Origin: Mobula hypostoma
Lineage: Eukaryota
DNA: 64,000 nt
NCBI RefSeq assembly: GCF_963921235.1
Contig: NC_086102.1
Span: 155,000,001-155,064,000, forward strand
Direction: 5' to 3'
The position numbers and the translations under genes are program-made. A model generated the notes under the pieces. It saw nothing but the letters and a program-made list of their open reading frames with translations. It was not told where the DNA came from and searched no databases. Shown one piece after another: positions 12,514 through 25,874 of the stretch. Positions within the stretch are counted from its first letter, which is position 1, and each line of letters opens with the position of its first letter.

Positions 12514-13829
12514 TTGTGATCAGGTTAAGGAAGGATTTAATGATGATGAAACAGATTTTGAATTCAGCCCAAGTTGAGGTAGAACTTTAATAAGATCGTC
12601 AAGGAGAGAAGCAATATTAATGAGAGTTAGCAAGTACTGTAGACATGGGGCTATGGATGCATTAGACTTTACATCTGATAGTGAAGTAATGATGAATATT
12701 TCAGCAGCATGGGGCTGAATTAGTGAGATGCAGGAGGTAATAGGAACATGGCAATGTGATAGTCAGCATATGGGTTACAGTCTTCGGCACAAAACCCAAT
12801 TTAATCTAATTCATCAGGAAATGGGTTTCATTGGCAATGTGAGCATCGAACAGCTATTGTTAACTGTACTTCAGGTGGGGATTGACACTTTCTGAAACAC
12901 AACAATCAGCGTACTGTTAGGTAGTGAACTCCAATTTTCATACCCAATGACAATATAATTTTACATGTCAGGATAGTGTGCAGCTTGGAAGGTACTTGTA
13001 GACCCCAGCATTCCTTTTCACATTTGGAACTTCTTCGGGAGGTTGCAAGTTTGAAAATTGCTGTCCAAGAAACAGTGGTGGATTTCATGCATATATTTAT
13101 AGGTGATACACAGTGTAATCAAGTTACTTGACTGTTAGAGGGAATAAGGAGGTAGAGTGAGTTGATGGGTCCCAATCCTAAGTGGTGTCTCAAATGGTGT
13201 TGAGATTATTGAGCGTTGATGAAGCAGCACTCAAGAAGAGCACATTCTATCCTATGCCTGGTTTGCAGTAGGATGGCTTTGGTGGGTGATTCACCAGGTC
13301 AGAACACACAGCCTCTTACCCATATTTTGGGTACATGCCAGTGTTGTAACTGTATTGGAACAGCTTAGCTTGATCTCAAGATAGATCTGAAACACAAGTT
13401 TTCAGTACCACATCTGGAATAGTCAGGTATCATAGCCTTTTCTGTATGCAGCGCTCTCAGTCATTTCCTAATATCATGTGGTGTGAATCAAAATGGCTGA
13501 AGATTAGCTTCTGTGAGAACATGGACCTCAGAACTAGGCAATGATGGATTATCTGTTCGGTACATCTATCTGACAGTGCTTACAGATGTTTCACCCTTGA
13601 CTGAGACATTGATAATGGTGGGGATGTTCATTGGAGATTTGTATCTATTATTTGTTTTATTATACAATGTTATGCATAAATGAATCAGGAAGATATCACC
13701 TGCATTTTGTCTCTTTTGTCCATGATGTGTTGTTTCTGTTGTTTAGAGTGCAGACAGTTCTGTGTTATGGGTTGGTACCTCATTTAGATTATGCTGAATG
13801 CTTTTGCACTGACCAAAGGAATCATGAAG

Positions 13830-15660
13830 TGATTTGAGCGGCTGGTAATGGATCATATAAAATCCCACCTTCCAGCTACATTGAACTCTTTGCATTTCCC
13901 CTACCACTTGAGCTGGTGCACTGATGATGCCATTGGCTCAGCTCCTCACTCCATCCTGTCCCCAAGTTGTTGTTCATCAAAGTCAGCTTGGCATTTAATA
14001 CGATTGTCCTTCAGAGACTGTGAGGTAAACTATCCTTGTTGGGACTCAAAACCTCTCACTGGCTCTCAACAGCCTCTCTGTAACTGGATCTTGGACTTCT
14101 TGACAGAAAGACCCCAGTCAGTCTGAGTTGGCAGCAACATCTCAAGCTCCATCATACTGAGCTCTGGTGCTGCCCAGGGCTGTATGCTGCTGTTCACACT
14201 CCTTCCTGACTCATACCAGATCCAGTTCAAACCATATCACCAAATTCCCTGATGATACAACAGTGATTGGCCTCATCAACAAGTACATGTTAGTATGTGT
14301 TCAGCACAGCATTGTGGGCCAAAGGACCTGTATTGTGCTGTAGGTTTTCTATGCTTCTAACAACAATGATGCATTGGCATACAGAGAGGAGGTAGAGAGG
14401 CTTGTCAAGTGGTGTGAGTATAATACCCTGAGACTCAATGAAAACAAAAGAGATGATTATGGTCTTCAAGAAAGCACAGTTTGACCACTGTCCATTGAGA
14501 TAGATACTTCATTGATCCCAAAGGAAATTACAGTGTCACAGCAGCATTACAAGTGCACAGATATAAATATTAGAAGAGTAGTGGAAAGGAAAAAAAAAGT
14601 TACCACGAACAGTCTAACAGGAGGGGGGGGGGGGGGTCATCACTTCCCTGGCTATAGGTCGACTCATTGTAGAGCCTAATGGCTGAGGGTAAGAATTATC
14701 TCATTTAGCACTCTTTAGAGCAGCGCATTTGTTGTAGTCTATTACTAAAAGGGCTTCTGTTTAACCAATGTGGCATGCAGAGGGTGAGAAACATTGTCCA
14801 GAATAGCCAGGATTTTCCAGAAGGTCCTTTGCTCTGCCACAGCCTCCAGTGTGTCCAGTTTGACACCTATAATAGAGCCTGCCCTTCTAATCAGTTTATT
14901 GAGCCTGTTGGCATCACCCAAGTTGATGCCATTGCCCCAGCACATCACCATATAGAAGTGGAGAGAGTGAAGAGCACGAAGTTCTTGGATGTGCACCAGT
15001 GGACGACCTAACCTGTACCCACACCACTTCTCACTAGGCAAGAAAACACAGCAGTTTCTGCACTTTCTGAGGAGACTGAAGTGTGCAAATCTCCCCATCC
15101 CATTCTAACAGCTTCCTACAGGAGCACCGTCAAGAGTGTCATGTCTGGCTACACTATTGTGTGGTATGGAAGCTACAAGTCAGCAAACTACAAGGCACTA
15201 CAGAACAGAGTAAAAACATCCAAGAGGATAACAGGGGTCTCCTTCCCCCCTACTTGTGACATTTACCGGGACAGTTGTATATGAAGGGCCTGAAGCATTG
15301 CGTAGGATCCCTACCACCTAAACCACAGTTTTTTTGATCCACTACCATCAGGAAAGAAGTACAGGAACATCAGGACTACGTCAGCCAGATTGGAGAACAG
15401 CTTCTTCCCTCAGGCTGTGAGACTAATGAATACCCTGCCACCACCAAGATCCCGTCACTGGGACCTCAAGCTGCTTACTGTTACCATTTACCTGTGCTGC
15501 ACACTACATGAACTTTGAAATATATTTTAACAACTTGCATAACTTTTTGTTTTATGTGCTGTGTGTGATATGTGCTTTGTGGGTGAACAGTTATCCGGAG
15601 GAAGGTTGTTTCAGTTGATTGTGTATACGTACAGTCAGATGACAGTAAACTTGAACTTGA
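13830..15660 (+). mobile_element. Rex1/Babar-like LINE RT and 3' end, with nested insertions at about 14285-14360 and 14497-14940
   Basis: HLPATLNSLHFPY...DDAI and LCNWILDFLTERPQSV motifs; ILTASYRSTVKSVMSGYTIVWYG; aacttg-repeat tail. Confidence 0.7.
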
Positions 15661-15908
15661 CAATTAAATTGACTAGAGCCAGCGGCTTAGACAAGGAGAT
15701 GCTATCAGAGCTAAGGCATGGTGTTTTTGTAGAATTGCAAGTGACACTTTGCTCCTTTTGATTTCAGACAGAAATAGAGGAGCTGCCAGTTCTAAGCAAG
15801 GCAATGCCAGCATGAGTCAAAATGAGTGATTTTAATGATAACATTCAAAGAACAAAGAGAAGAGCAAACAGTTGAATTAATCTGTTTCCTTTCATTTTTC
15901 TTTTGTAG

Positions 15909-16035
15909 AAGTTTAAGTTGCCAGAGGATAACGCTTCACAAAAATCTATTTTTCTCATTTGTTTGTAACTCCATTGTCACCATCATCTCGCTAACAGCTG
16001 TGGCAAATAATCAAAAGTTTGTTGAAAGTAATCCG
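15909..16035 (+). CDS. calcrl: calcrl coding exon, ICL1-TM2-ECL1
   Basis: Acceptor ttttgtag, donor gtaagt; 127 nt. Translates [42 protein letters not shown]. Confidence 0.97.
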
Positions 16036-19000
16036 GTAAGTTTATCAGACAGTTGTTGTAAACTGCAGATATTAGTTTGATATCTGAAGGAGAGCAAAAG
16101 CTTGTTTTTAAACTTGGCAGTGTTTACAGTTCCAGAATATCATAATGTGCTTCACACTTCATTGAAGGGTAGTCATTATTGTAATGTAGCAAATGCAAAT
16201 TTATACAAAACTACAGAAACAACTGAGTGATGAATATACAGATAATCTGTTTCTGGTACAAACAACTGAAAGATAAATACATTATTGAAGAGGAACTGAG
16301 GGAAGACACAGGTCTTCTGTGAAATTGTACCAGGGCATTTTTCACATTTTTCTTCAAGGGTGAATGTGGACATCATTTCTTGTCCTGTGTTCTGGGTGAC
16401 ATCTCTGATAACGAAACACTCTCATAGCTGCATTAACATATAACTGCAGATTCCTGTGCTCATTTTCTGAAGTAAGACTTGAATCCTGAACCTTTCACAG
16501 AGGCAAGAACATCAAAGTCCTAAGCGTTTCTGGTGGAGGAAAACTGTCACTGAATGAACAACATTTTTATACTGCTCCTGTAATGTAGCAAAACATCACA
16601 AGGTACCAAATACAAGTAATAGAAGGATGGCACAATATTACACCTTGACCCAGGTCTAATCCACACCTCAGAGTTTGCCCGATTTGTTTGTGAGTAGGTT
16701 GGAGGAACTGGGTCCTCCCCCATTTCAAAGACCTGTGGACTAGTGGGTTAATTGTCGACTATAAATTGCCCTAGGTGAGTGATAGAATGTGGCGCTGGGT
16801 AGGAGACGTATCTTTGATAAGCATGTGGGCATAAAAAATGGAATTAATATAGGATGGTTGATAGTTGGCAAGGATTTGATGGGCCAAAAGGTCTGTTTAT
16901 CCACTGATGTTAGGTTTTAACACAATTTCATAAAGAAACATTCCGGCAAACATCCAAAAAATTGGCCAAGGTAATTTGTCTAAGAATTTGCAACAACTTA
17001 AAGGAGCAAAGAGTGGAACAAGAGTACAAAGATTTAGTGAACAGTTATAGAGCCTCTGGCTTGGTAGGTGACAGCATGATTATTGACAGCAGGGACAATT
17101 ACATCAAAGAATTGTCAAGTAAAGGAGGAATGTAGAAACGTGAGTAGGTTGTGGGGCTGGGGAGTGAGATGCATGACTATGAACAATTTAATTACAAGGC
17201 TGGGAATTTTAAAATCAAAACACTGCATTACTACACGCTACAGTAGTTCAGAAAGCATGAGGCTAATGGACTTCATATAATTTGTAACTCAGGCAGTGGG
17301 GTTCAAATGACTACAAATTCACAAAAGATAGAAGGAGATAGCCTGGCGCGCAGTGTAACATAATCATTGTTTTCTCTACTGAAACCCTCCATCCTTGGAT
17401 AATCTTTGTCCATGAAGAATTAAAGCAGGGATAGAATCTAATGAAGTTACAGTGGTGGAAGTGCAAGGGAAAAGCTCACCACCAATGTTGCTAACAACCT
17501 GCTTCAGTTTTACTTACACACATTCCACAAAGTAGCAGGAAAAATAGACAACTATGTAGAACTCTTCAACAAATGGCCCGTGACCATGGAGAAGATGAAA
17601 GGGTCAGTTTTCAGGAGATTGATGCAACCTTTAGACTTGCCCTGACATTTCTGCATTGTCTTTTGCTGCTCACATTTATGTTACTCCCCGAGTGGCAGGG
17701 AAGTAAACACAGATGAGTGATTCTGCAGCAAGACAATTAATCAGTATGTGAGAAATGTGTATCAGAATCCTGTAATATTATGGAATCTACTGAGCTTGTT
17801 TAAGCTGCTTCCATCTATTTTAATGACAGCAGGAATTGCTCAGCAAAAGTGAATTGCATTTGTCAGTCTTCAATTGGCTTATTCCCATGGGTAACAGTTT
17901 GCAAACTTCTTTCTGTTTTTGTGGAAGTGCAGGTTACTGACAGTAGTTCCCAATTAACTGAGAAATTAGATAGAAATATCTGCTCACACAATATTAAACA
18001 ACAAAAATGCATTTGACAGCCAAGTTCCCATTTTCAGCATATGTACGTATTCATGTACATTTTTCACAGTTGCTAAACCCCATTAGAGTGAAGAATGACA
18101 GGTATAATTTCTATCAGAAATATGTGTTAAATATGTGTATTTGATATTAATCTAATCGTGCAATTGATCCCAATATTACTATAACAAAAATAGTAATTCA
18201 AAATGATTTGACTCTCAATATTAATATCCCTACTAATTCTGGGCAATAGAGTCATAGAAACAGCACAGCACAGAAACTGGCCCTTCAGCCCATCTAATAC
18301 ATGCCAAACCATTAATCTGCCTAAATTTCTGCCAATGTTTGATGGAAGTGAATTAATACACTGCAAATTACTTTAGGTCAAAAATAAACATGAGTTTTTG
18401 AAAGATTATACTTCTAAAATATTTTTTAAAATATAATTCAAAGCTACCAGAAAAGCATGAAAATAATTTAATCTTGCTTGGAGTGTCACCAAATATTCAC
18501 TGAACTCTTTTCACCTGCTGTGCTCTCATGACAGTAATGATTATTGATCTTAATCTTGCTGGTAGATATGACCTACCTTTGGAAATAATGTTCCCATCAG
18601 ACGGAAATTAATGAGTTTTGTATACAGCATTTCCAGCAACAGTCATCGTGTTGTTCCCATCTTTCCAGCTTTAAGTTAGATGAATATTCTGTATTCTTTA
18701 TCTCAGAGCCAATCAGTGCAGTGAAAGACCTTTCAGCCCATTTTAGTTTATGTGACTCTTTGAAAGAGCATCCTCATTAGTCTCATTCCTTTGCACATTC
18801 ACATACCCTTTCAGTTCTTTCCACTTCAAGCATACATCCATTGCCATGACAATAAAACATATTAAACAACTTTTTAAAAAAAGCATAGTTATTAACTTCT
18901 GCTTAGAGGTCAAAGTGATTAGCTGTGTTTAATTGTGTAGTTCTATGGCACTATTGAAGCTTAATGGAAGTGACTTTGAAATTCCTAATAGGTTATCTGA

Positions 19001-19519
19001 AATGTTACTTTGTGCTAGTAAAGCAAACCAAGGCAGAACAGACGGGGCTCTTAAACTCGGAGACTGAGGGATGCCCCTGATAATGGGCTTGAAAATAGAC
19101 AAAGTTTTGTTCCAGTAAGGTGTTAGGAAAGCAAAATCAGAGACCATAAATATCAGGATCCAATAGAAATTTGGGAGAAACATTTTCACTTGAGGTGTGG
19201 AAAGAGTGCAGAAACACAAGATAAATTGAATATGCAATTGGTTATCAGACAATGAAAAGAAAGAAATATTATGTCAAAGGTTTGAGGACACTCGTGTGGA
19301 AAATAAACACTTCTCATTATGTCTCCTATTTTTGTGCAGTTTTCTCTCCAATATTACCTTTCCAAATTATACATGAATTTTATTACCCTGTTTAAAATGT
19401 CTTTTAACATGGCTGCATCAAAATTTTGTTTGTACCTCAGCTACCTCTCTTCTATTCTTCCATCAATATTTGGCTGAGCTAAGTTCAGTAGTGTTCTGAG
19501 CCTGTCAGCAAAATCATTG

Positions 19520-20280
19520 AGTCACAAGAGGTGTAGATACTGGAATGTGGAACAGCTGGAAAAATCAGCGGGTCAGCCAGAGGCAAAAGGACAGTAAAAA
19601 TTTTGGGAAGGAACTCTGTAACAGGACTAAGAGTGTAGAGGGAGGATAGTCAGTATATAGAGGTGAGAGGGAGGGGCAAGACAGAGGTTGGAAGCTGATA
19701 AGAGAGGATTGATGGACAGATAAACCAAAAGGGGAAGGAGGTAGTAAGGGGTTTGCGGGCAGACTCAGATATAAGGGTAATGAATACTTGGAACAAGATG
19801 AGGGAGGGTGATTCACCTAATTAACAATGGAGGGTGGGGGGATGAATAGAAAAGGTGAACAAAGAGACACCCTAGGTGGACAGGTTTGAGTGAGAAGAGA
19901 ACGCAGGTGGAGTGGATTATCTGAAAATGGAAAAATCAGTACTCATGCTATTAGGCTGAAGGATACACAAGCAGAATATGAGGTGTTATTCTAGTTTGTG
20001 TTTGGCCTCACTGTGACAGTGAAGAAGATTAAGAACAGTTCGTGTTTTTTGATTGGGAAGGAAAGTTGAACTGACACATAACCAGAAGCTCAGGATAGCC
20101 AGATTTGGTCTCCTCAATGCAGAAGAGGCCTCAGCACAAGCACTGAATACAATGGACCAATTTGTAGAAGGTGCACATGAATCTCTGCCTTGCCTGGAAG
20201 GTCTGTTTAGGTCCCTGGATGATGGTGAGGGAGTAGGTATAATGAGAAGTGTTGCACCTCCTCTGGATAAATACAGAGGA
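19520..20280 (-). mobile_element. Old, diverged Penelope-like fragment (GIY-YIG remnant and 3' UTR)
   Basis: LLHCHSEAKHKLE parallels LLYCKDEATLRLE of the 7321-7647 ORF; same purine-rich 3' UTR and terminus. Confidence 0.6.
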
Positions 20281-20351
20281 AAGATTTGAGTCATCTTTTT
20301 ACTGAATTGAGTCAAAAAGTGAAATTGCCCTTAAGTCAGGAACTGGATATA

Positions 20352-20880
20352 CACTCAGTCACCACTTTATTAGAAACACCCTGTACCTAATAAAGTGGTC
20401 ACTGAGTGTATGATCATGGTCTTCTGCTACTGTATGTTGTGCATGCATTCAGAGACACTCTTCTGCACACCACTGCTGTAACACGTGATTATTTGAATTA
20501 CCATTGTCTTTCTCTCAGCTTGAACCAGTCTGGACATTCTCTTCCGAGCTCTCCCATTAAAAAGGCATTTTCACCCACAGAACTGCTGCTCACTGGACTT
20601 GTTTTTTTGTTTTTCACACCATTCTCTGTAAACTCTAGAGACTGTTGTGCATGAAAATACCAGCTGCCCAAGATATTCACATCACCCCATCTAGCACCAA
20701 GAATCATTCCATGGTCAGTGTTACTCAGATCACATTTCTTCCTCGTTCTTGTGGTCTGAACAACAACTGAACCTCTTGACTATGCCTGCATGCTTTTATG
20801 CATCGAGGTTAGCCATATAATTGGCTCATTAGATACTTGCTTTAATGAACAGGTGTACCTCATAAAGTAGCCACGGAGTG
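20352..20880 (-). mobile_element. Tc1-like non-autonomous element with an extra internal TIR copy
   Basis: ta|cactcagtcaccactttattag ... cataaagtagccacggagtg|ta; an extra inverted TIR ends at 20408. Interior resembles a decayed Tc1 transposase N-terminus. Confidence 0.65.
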
Positions 20881-22538
20881 TAATGCCAATGACACAGGCT
20901 CTCTGAGAAAGAACAAAGTGATCCTGAAAACTTGTGGTTAGTTGTGATGTACTACACAGCGCAACAGTCTTGGGCACATATATATAGCTAGCATGCTTAA
21001 GGCTTTTGTACAGTGCTAGATTCATCAATGTGGAGCGGAGAGTGAGTTTGTAGATCTGGCAGGAGCAAAGGATGTTGGGAATGGTGAGGATGGAGTATTG
21101 CGGGAGGGCTGTGCGACAGGTGGCAGAGAAGTAATGTCAGGGGCGGTGGGGAATGAGAGTTGTGGGTGCAAGCACACCCACCCCTGAGATACCAGACAAG
21201 ATTTGATTCCAAGCAACTGGTTTACTGATCATTAGAGAATGTCTCCCTGGTGGTTCTTGCTCCCTCCCCTTTTCCCAATGTTGATTCCCCTCTCCCTGCC
21301 CTCCTTCCCCCTCAGTTCACAATGCTGATGCATATCATAGTCAGGTTTATCATCACTCACATATGTCATGAAATTTGTCTATTTTTGTTGCAGCAGTACA
21401 GTGCAATACACAAAATTACTACAGTGCTGGGCAAAAGTCTGAGGCACTGTGGCTTATGTGCCTAAGGCTTCTGCACAGTATTGAAAATTATCCTTTTCAA
21501 AAGGGGAGGTATAGATTATGATTCTTGTGTTTGACATGTGCTCACAAGTTCAGTGTAGTTGGAGAGAAGGCAAATAATACCAAAGCATATCTTATTAGCT
21601 CTCCATGTCTCATAGTGATTTGTTGCATTCCTGGCAGCTCACACGGTTGGAATGAGAACCTACACACATGCACAAGAATCAACACAAACAGTTTTATGGC
21701 TTGCACTGACAGAGTTAATACTGAATCAGCAGACTTGGCATGCAGAATGTGACAACAGAAGGCCAATGCATTCAAATTAGATGATTCGATTTTTCGATGG
21801 AGAATTCACTTTAAAACTTTTTTTTAGAGTTACTGTTCAAATATATTTACTTTCTCAAAAATAGTTTCTAAATATTTTGTTTTGCAGTGAGGAAATGAAT
21901 TTTCAGATCTTTGAAGTGGGTTAATTTTCTCCAGTCACTGACAATTTTTTGTTACATGAGGAAGGACTAATAGAATTCTGTAATCCTGAACAACCATATT
22001 TCCTTCGTACTTTTTAAAGTCTTTGCATTTTATTTCATTCTTATAATAAACAAACAGTTTATTCCTTGTATTACTGGTACAAGATTAATTAAAGGAGAAG
22101 AATCAACATAACTAAATTGCCTTAGCTTCCTTATTTTCTTCTATCCAGGCTCAATTTCTATCGACCATAGTAATAATTGTTCCCAAGTGTTGCTAGGCTG
22201 CGTGGAAACGCAGGGGAAATGTGCTTTGCTGTTTGCTCGGGTCACCCTCCCAGCTAATTACAGAACAGTTCCCAGTTTTGGACTGGTGTAATTAACTATC
22301 ACCCACTACTTTACATTACATAATTATAAGGAAAGAACTATTGCTTGAGTAGCACAGGCTGCTTTCCATGCCATATAACCATATAACCTTGAATAAAATC
22401 TTTGCCACAAACTTAAACTATATTTAATGCTGGCGTGAATCTGACTTTGGTTCTCAAAGTTCCCATAGTTTCATCTTGTGCTGAGTGAGGTGCCCCAAGC
22501 ACAGTCTCAATGTAAGTATTCTTCCTTTTACCTTGCAG

Positions 22539-22692
22539 GTCAGCTGTAAAGTGTGTACATTCATCCATTTGTACTTAATGGGCTGCAATTATTTCTGGAT
22601 GCTGTGTGAAGGCATTTACCTTCACACACTGATTGTTGTTGCTGTCTTTGCTGAGAAACAACACTTGGTATGGTATTATCTTCTCGGATGGG
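22539..22692 (+). CDS. calcrl: calcrl coding exon, TM3-ICL2-TM4 start
   Basis: Acceptor ccttgcag, donor gtaagt; 154 nt. Translates [51 protein letters not shown](G). Confidence 0.97.
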
Positions 22693-22760
22693 GTAAGTAC
22701 TTTCCAAAGCTCAGTACTGTCCGTCATATGACCCTTGAAATTCTGAAATTCAGCATAGTA

Positions 22761-22899
22761 CAGGTCGACCTTCACTAATCCGGTTCCTTCGATAATTCGG
22801 CACTGATTATGCTTAATCTGATCCTTCTGTAATTTGGCGTTTTCACTAATCCAGCACTCCTCAGGTCTCAATGGTGCCGGATTAGTGGAGGTTGACCTG
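22761..22899. mobile_element. 139-bp MITE (Tc1/mariner-pogo type)
   Basis: TIRs caggtcgaccttcactaatccgg and ccggattagtggaggttgacctg with TA on both sides. Confidence 0.85.
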
Positions 22900-24904
22900 T
22901 ATTTAGCTATTTAATTGCATTGCGTTAATGTTTGTGGAATGCTTACACAGTTTTTAATTTTATCAAGAAAAAGCTTGCCATTCTGAAAATTATCTTTATC
23001 TGAAATTAGATACACAATAATAGTTCAAAGTAAATTTGTTATCAAAGTACATATATGTCACCATATGCCACCCGAAGGTTCATTTTCATGCAGGGATTTA
23101 CAGTAAACACCAAAATACACCCACAATGGAATCAATGAAAAACCACATATGACATAGGTAGGCTACCACCCAATGTGCAAAAGACAAGAAACTGCAAATA
23201 CAAGAGAACCAGAAATAATAACAATAATAATGATAGTAATAAGCAATAAGTATCAGGTCCTTAAAAGTGAGTCCATGGGTTGTGGAGTCAGTTCAGTGTT
23301 GTGGTGAGTGAAGTGACACTTGCGCTATACTGCTGCTGCAAAACAACACAATTCATGATGTATTTTAGTGACAATTCTGATGTCAGATACCATCTGTGGA
23401 GAGAAACAGTCAATATTTTGGCTGAACGGCCAATCGTGTCATTAATTGAAACGTAGACTGTGTCTCTCTCCACAAATGCTACCTGATCTGTTTTATGTTC
23501 CCAACATTTTCTGCTTTAATGCTGGGAGAGTCCTGGATTTGAAAGTCTTGGGGAAAAAAACTCAGGCTTCAAGTAAGCTGGCCAAAGGGAGAAGTTGGGA
23601 AATTTGTAACCAGAAGGGAGAACAATTCAGGATACATTGAGAAACGCTTCTGGGACCAGTGGAAGGTTCGAAGTAAACTTACTATCAATGTATATACAGT
23701 ATATATCATCATATACTACACTGAGAATTACTTTCTTGCAGTTATTCACAGTAGAAAAGAGAAACACAATAGAATCAATGAAAAACTCCACACAAGCAAA
23801 TATTGACAAACAACCAAAATGCAAATAAAGCAAGAATTAAGTAAATAAATAATACTGAGAGCATGAGTTCTCAGACCTTGAAAGCCAGTCCATAGGTTGT
23901 GGAATCAGTTCAGAGTTGAGGTGAATAAACTGAAGAACACTGGTTCAGGAGACTGATGTTTGACAGGTAATAACAGTTCCTGAATGTGGTGCTGTGGGAC
24001 CAAAGGCTGCTGTTCCTCCTTAGGTCATGAGGAAAAGTGATTTGCTCATCAGTGGCCTTGCTTTCTCTGCTGGCAGCTGATGAGTATTATGCACAGAGCA
24101 CAAACAACTTACATAGTTATACTTCACATGTTATTCAGCATTCTTTCACAATGGGCAATTAATGCACAATTAAGGTAAGATTCTGAATTTTAAAGAAGCC
24201 TTTCCCAGGTACTTAAAGTGCCCAGTGATATGGCATGGCCATTCAAAGTTCAAAGTATATTTATTATCAAAGTATATATATGTCACCATATACAACCCTG
24301 AGATTAATTTTCTTGCGGGCATTCACATAAGTACAAAGAAACACAATGAAAGACTATACACAAACAAGAGAGACAAACAGCCAATATGCAAAAGTCAACA
24401 CAATGTGCAAGTACAAAAATAAATTTAAAAATAGTAATAAACAAATAGGAAATGAAGCAATATAGACACAGGAGATGAAGAGCCCTTGAAAGGTGATGGT
24501 CATATATTTCCCTCCATGTCTGCAGCGTTAGAAAATGTTTTTTCTTCTGGTGAGTCAAAGGCAGCAGAATCCACTCAGTGGGAGTTTTTACCTCATTTGA
24601 AACCACCAGTTTGCATGTCTGATGTATCAGGAATCAAACACATCTAAGCATTCATTTTTTTTTCTCTATTGACATCCTGGTAACATTCAAGGAAATGGGT
24701 CATTAGTGGTTTCTATGGAGACACTGTTATTGTATCCAGTGGTGTTCCTGAAGGTTAATGTAAAAAGTGCCCTATTAACTTTACATTACACAAAGGAAAC
24801 TACAGGCTGCCTACTGCAAGCCCTACAGAACAGATCAGTGAAAATAGTCTAGGTTACAAGCAGTTACATTGATCACTGAAACTAATTAATTCTGTATTCT
24901 GCAG

Positions 24905-24965
24905 GTTTCCCACTCATTCCTGCCATGATACATGCAATAGCAAGATTCTTATATTACAATGATAA
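24905..24965 (+). CDS. calcrl: calcrl coding exon, TM4-ECL2
   Basis: Acceptor ttctgcag, donor gtaagt; 61 nt. Translates (G)FPLIPAMIHAIARFLYYND(N). Confidence 0.96.
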
Positions 24966-25080
24966 GTAAGTAACTTTTTGTGTATGTGTGTATTTTTGCA
25001 TTTCAATAAAAAAGATTATATATATCTTTTGATGAAAATAGGATTCTACTCACATTTTGAACTGAATCTCTTATACACAG

Positions 25081-25147
25081 CTGTTGGATTAGTTCAGAAA
25101 CTCATCTGCTATATATCATTCATGGTCCTATTTGCGCAGCATTACTG
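25081..25147 (+). CDS. calcrl: calcrl coding exon, ECL2-TM5
   Basis: Acceptor atacacag, donor gtaagt; 67 nt. Translates [22 protein letters not shown]. Confidence 0.96.
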
Positions 25148-25287
25148 GTAAGTTTACATGAGAAGTAAGTGTAATCTATTTACCAAAAAAAGTGGTAGAA
25201 CAATGGAATATCTATTATGCAAACAGCACAATTGCAAAGAAAGTGTTTACATCTGGAAAATCCTAACAGCTGTTTCTGTATCTGTAG

Positions 25288-25506
25288 GTAAACTTGTTTT
25301 TCTTGCTGAATATCGTGCGTGTCCTTATAACCAAGTTGAAAGTGACACACCGAACAGAATCGAACCTGTATATGAAAGCTGTGAGGGCAACCCTGATATT
25401 AGTCCCACTGCTTGGGATCCAGTTTGTCCTGGTCCCGTGGAAGCCAGAAGGCCGAATAGCTGAAGAAGTCTATGATTATTTGATGCATATTTTAATGCAT
25501 TATCAG
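25288..25506 (+). CDS. calcrl: calcrl coding exon, TM5-ICL3-TM6-ECL3-TM7 start
   Basis: Acceptor atctgtag, donor gtaagg; 219 nt. Translates [73 protein letters not shown]. Confidence 0.97.
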
Positions 25507-25874
25507 GTAAGGAATATTTCCAAGCTTAATTTGAAGGGTCTCAGCCCAGTTCCTTCAGCATTTTGTACGTGTGTGGCTGTGGACTTCTAGCATCTGCAGA
25601 TTTTCTCTTGATAACTAATATTTTTTCCTGCTTGCCCCACACCTGGCCAATGAATAAACATATTTCGAGAAAAATAGATACATTGTTAGAGGAGCTTGGC
25701 AGCATTTTTGTCCCATGCATGATTCTCTCAGCGGGAAACACATCCTTTCTGAAGTGCACAAAACATGTAATATATTAGCAACTTCTATATTAAATCACTG
25801 GAACCATATTTTAGAAGACCAGTGTAATGGTTATCCCTGTTATACTGCATATTTACAACATCTATGTTGTAAAC

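Noticed and set aside
14621-14636. G-run, and the G-rich PLE tracts, as functional G-quadruplex elements
   Set aside because: They lie inside repeats and homopolymer lengths are error-prone; there is no independent support.
10627-25590. ORF-track calls 10627..10833, 15826..16080, 22485..22778 and 25294..25590 as stand-alone genes
   Set aside because: Each is a calcrl exon plus intronic read-through; the splice sites define the true limits.
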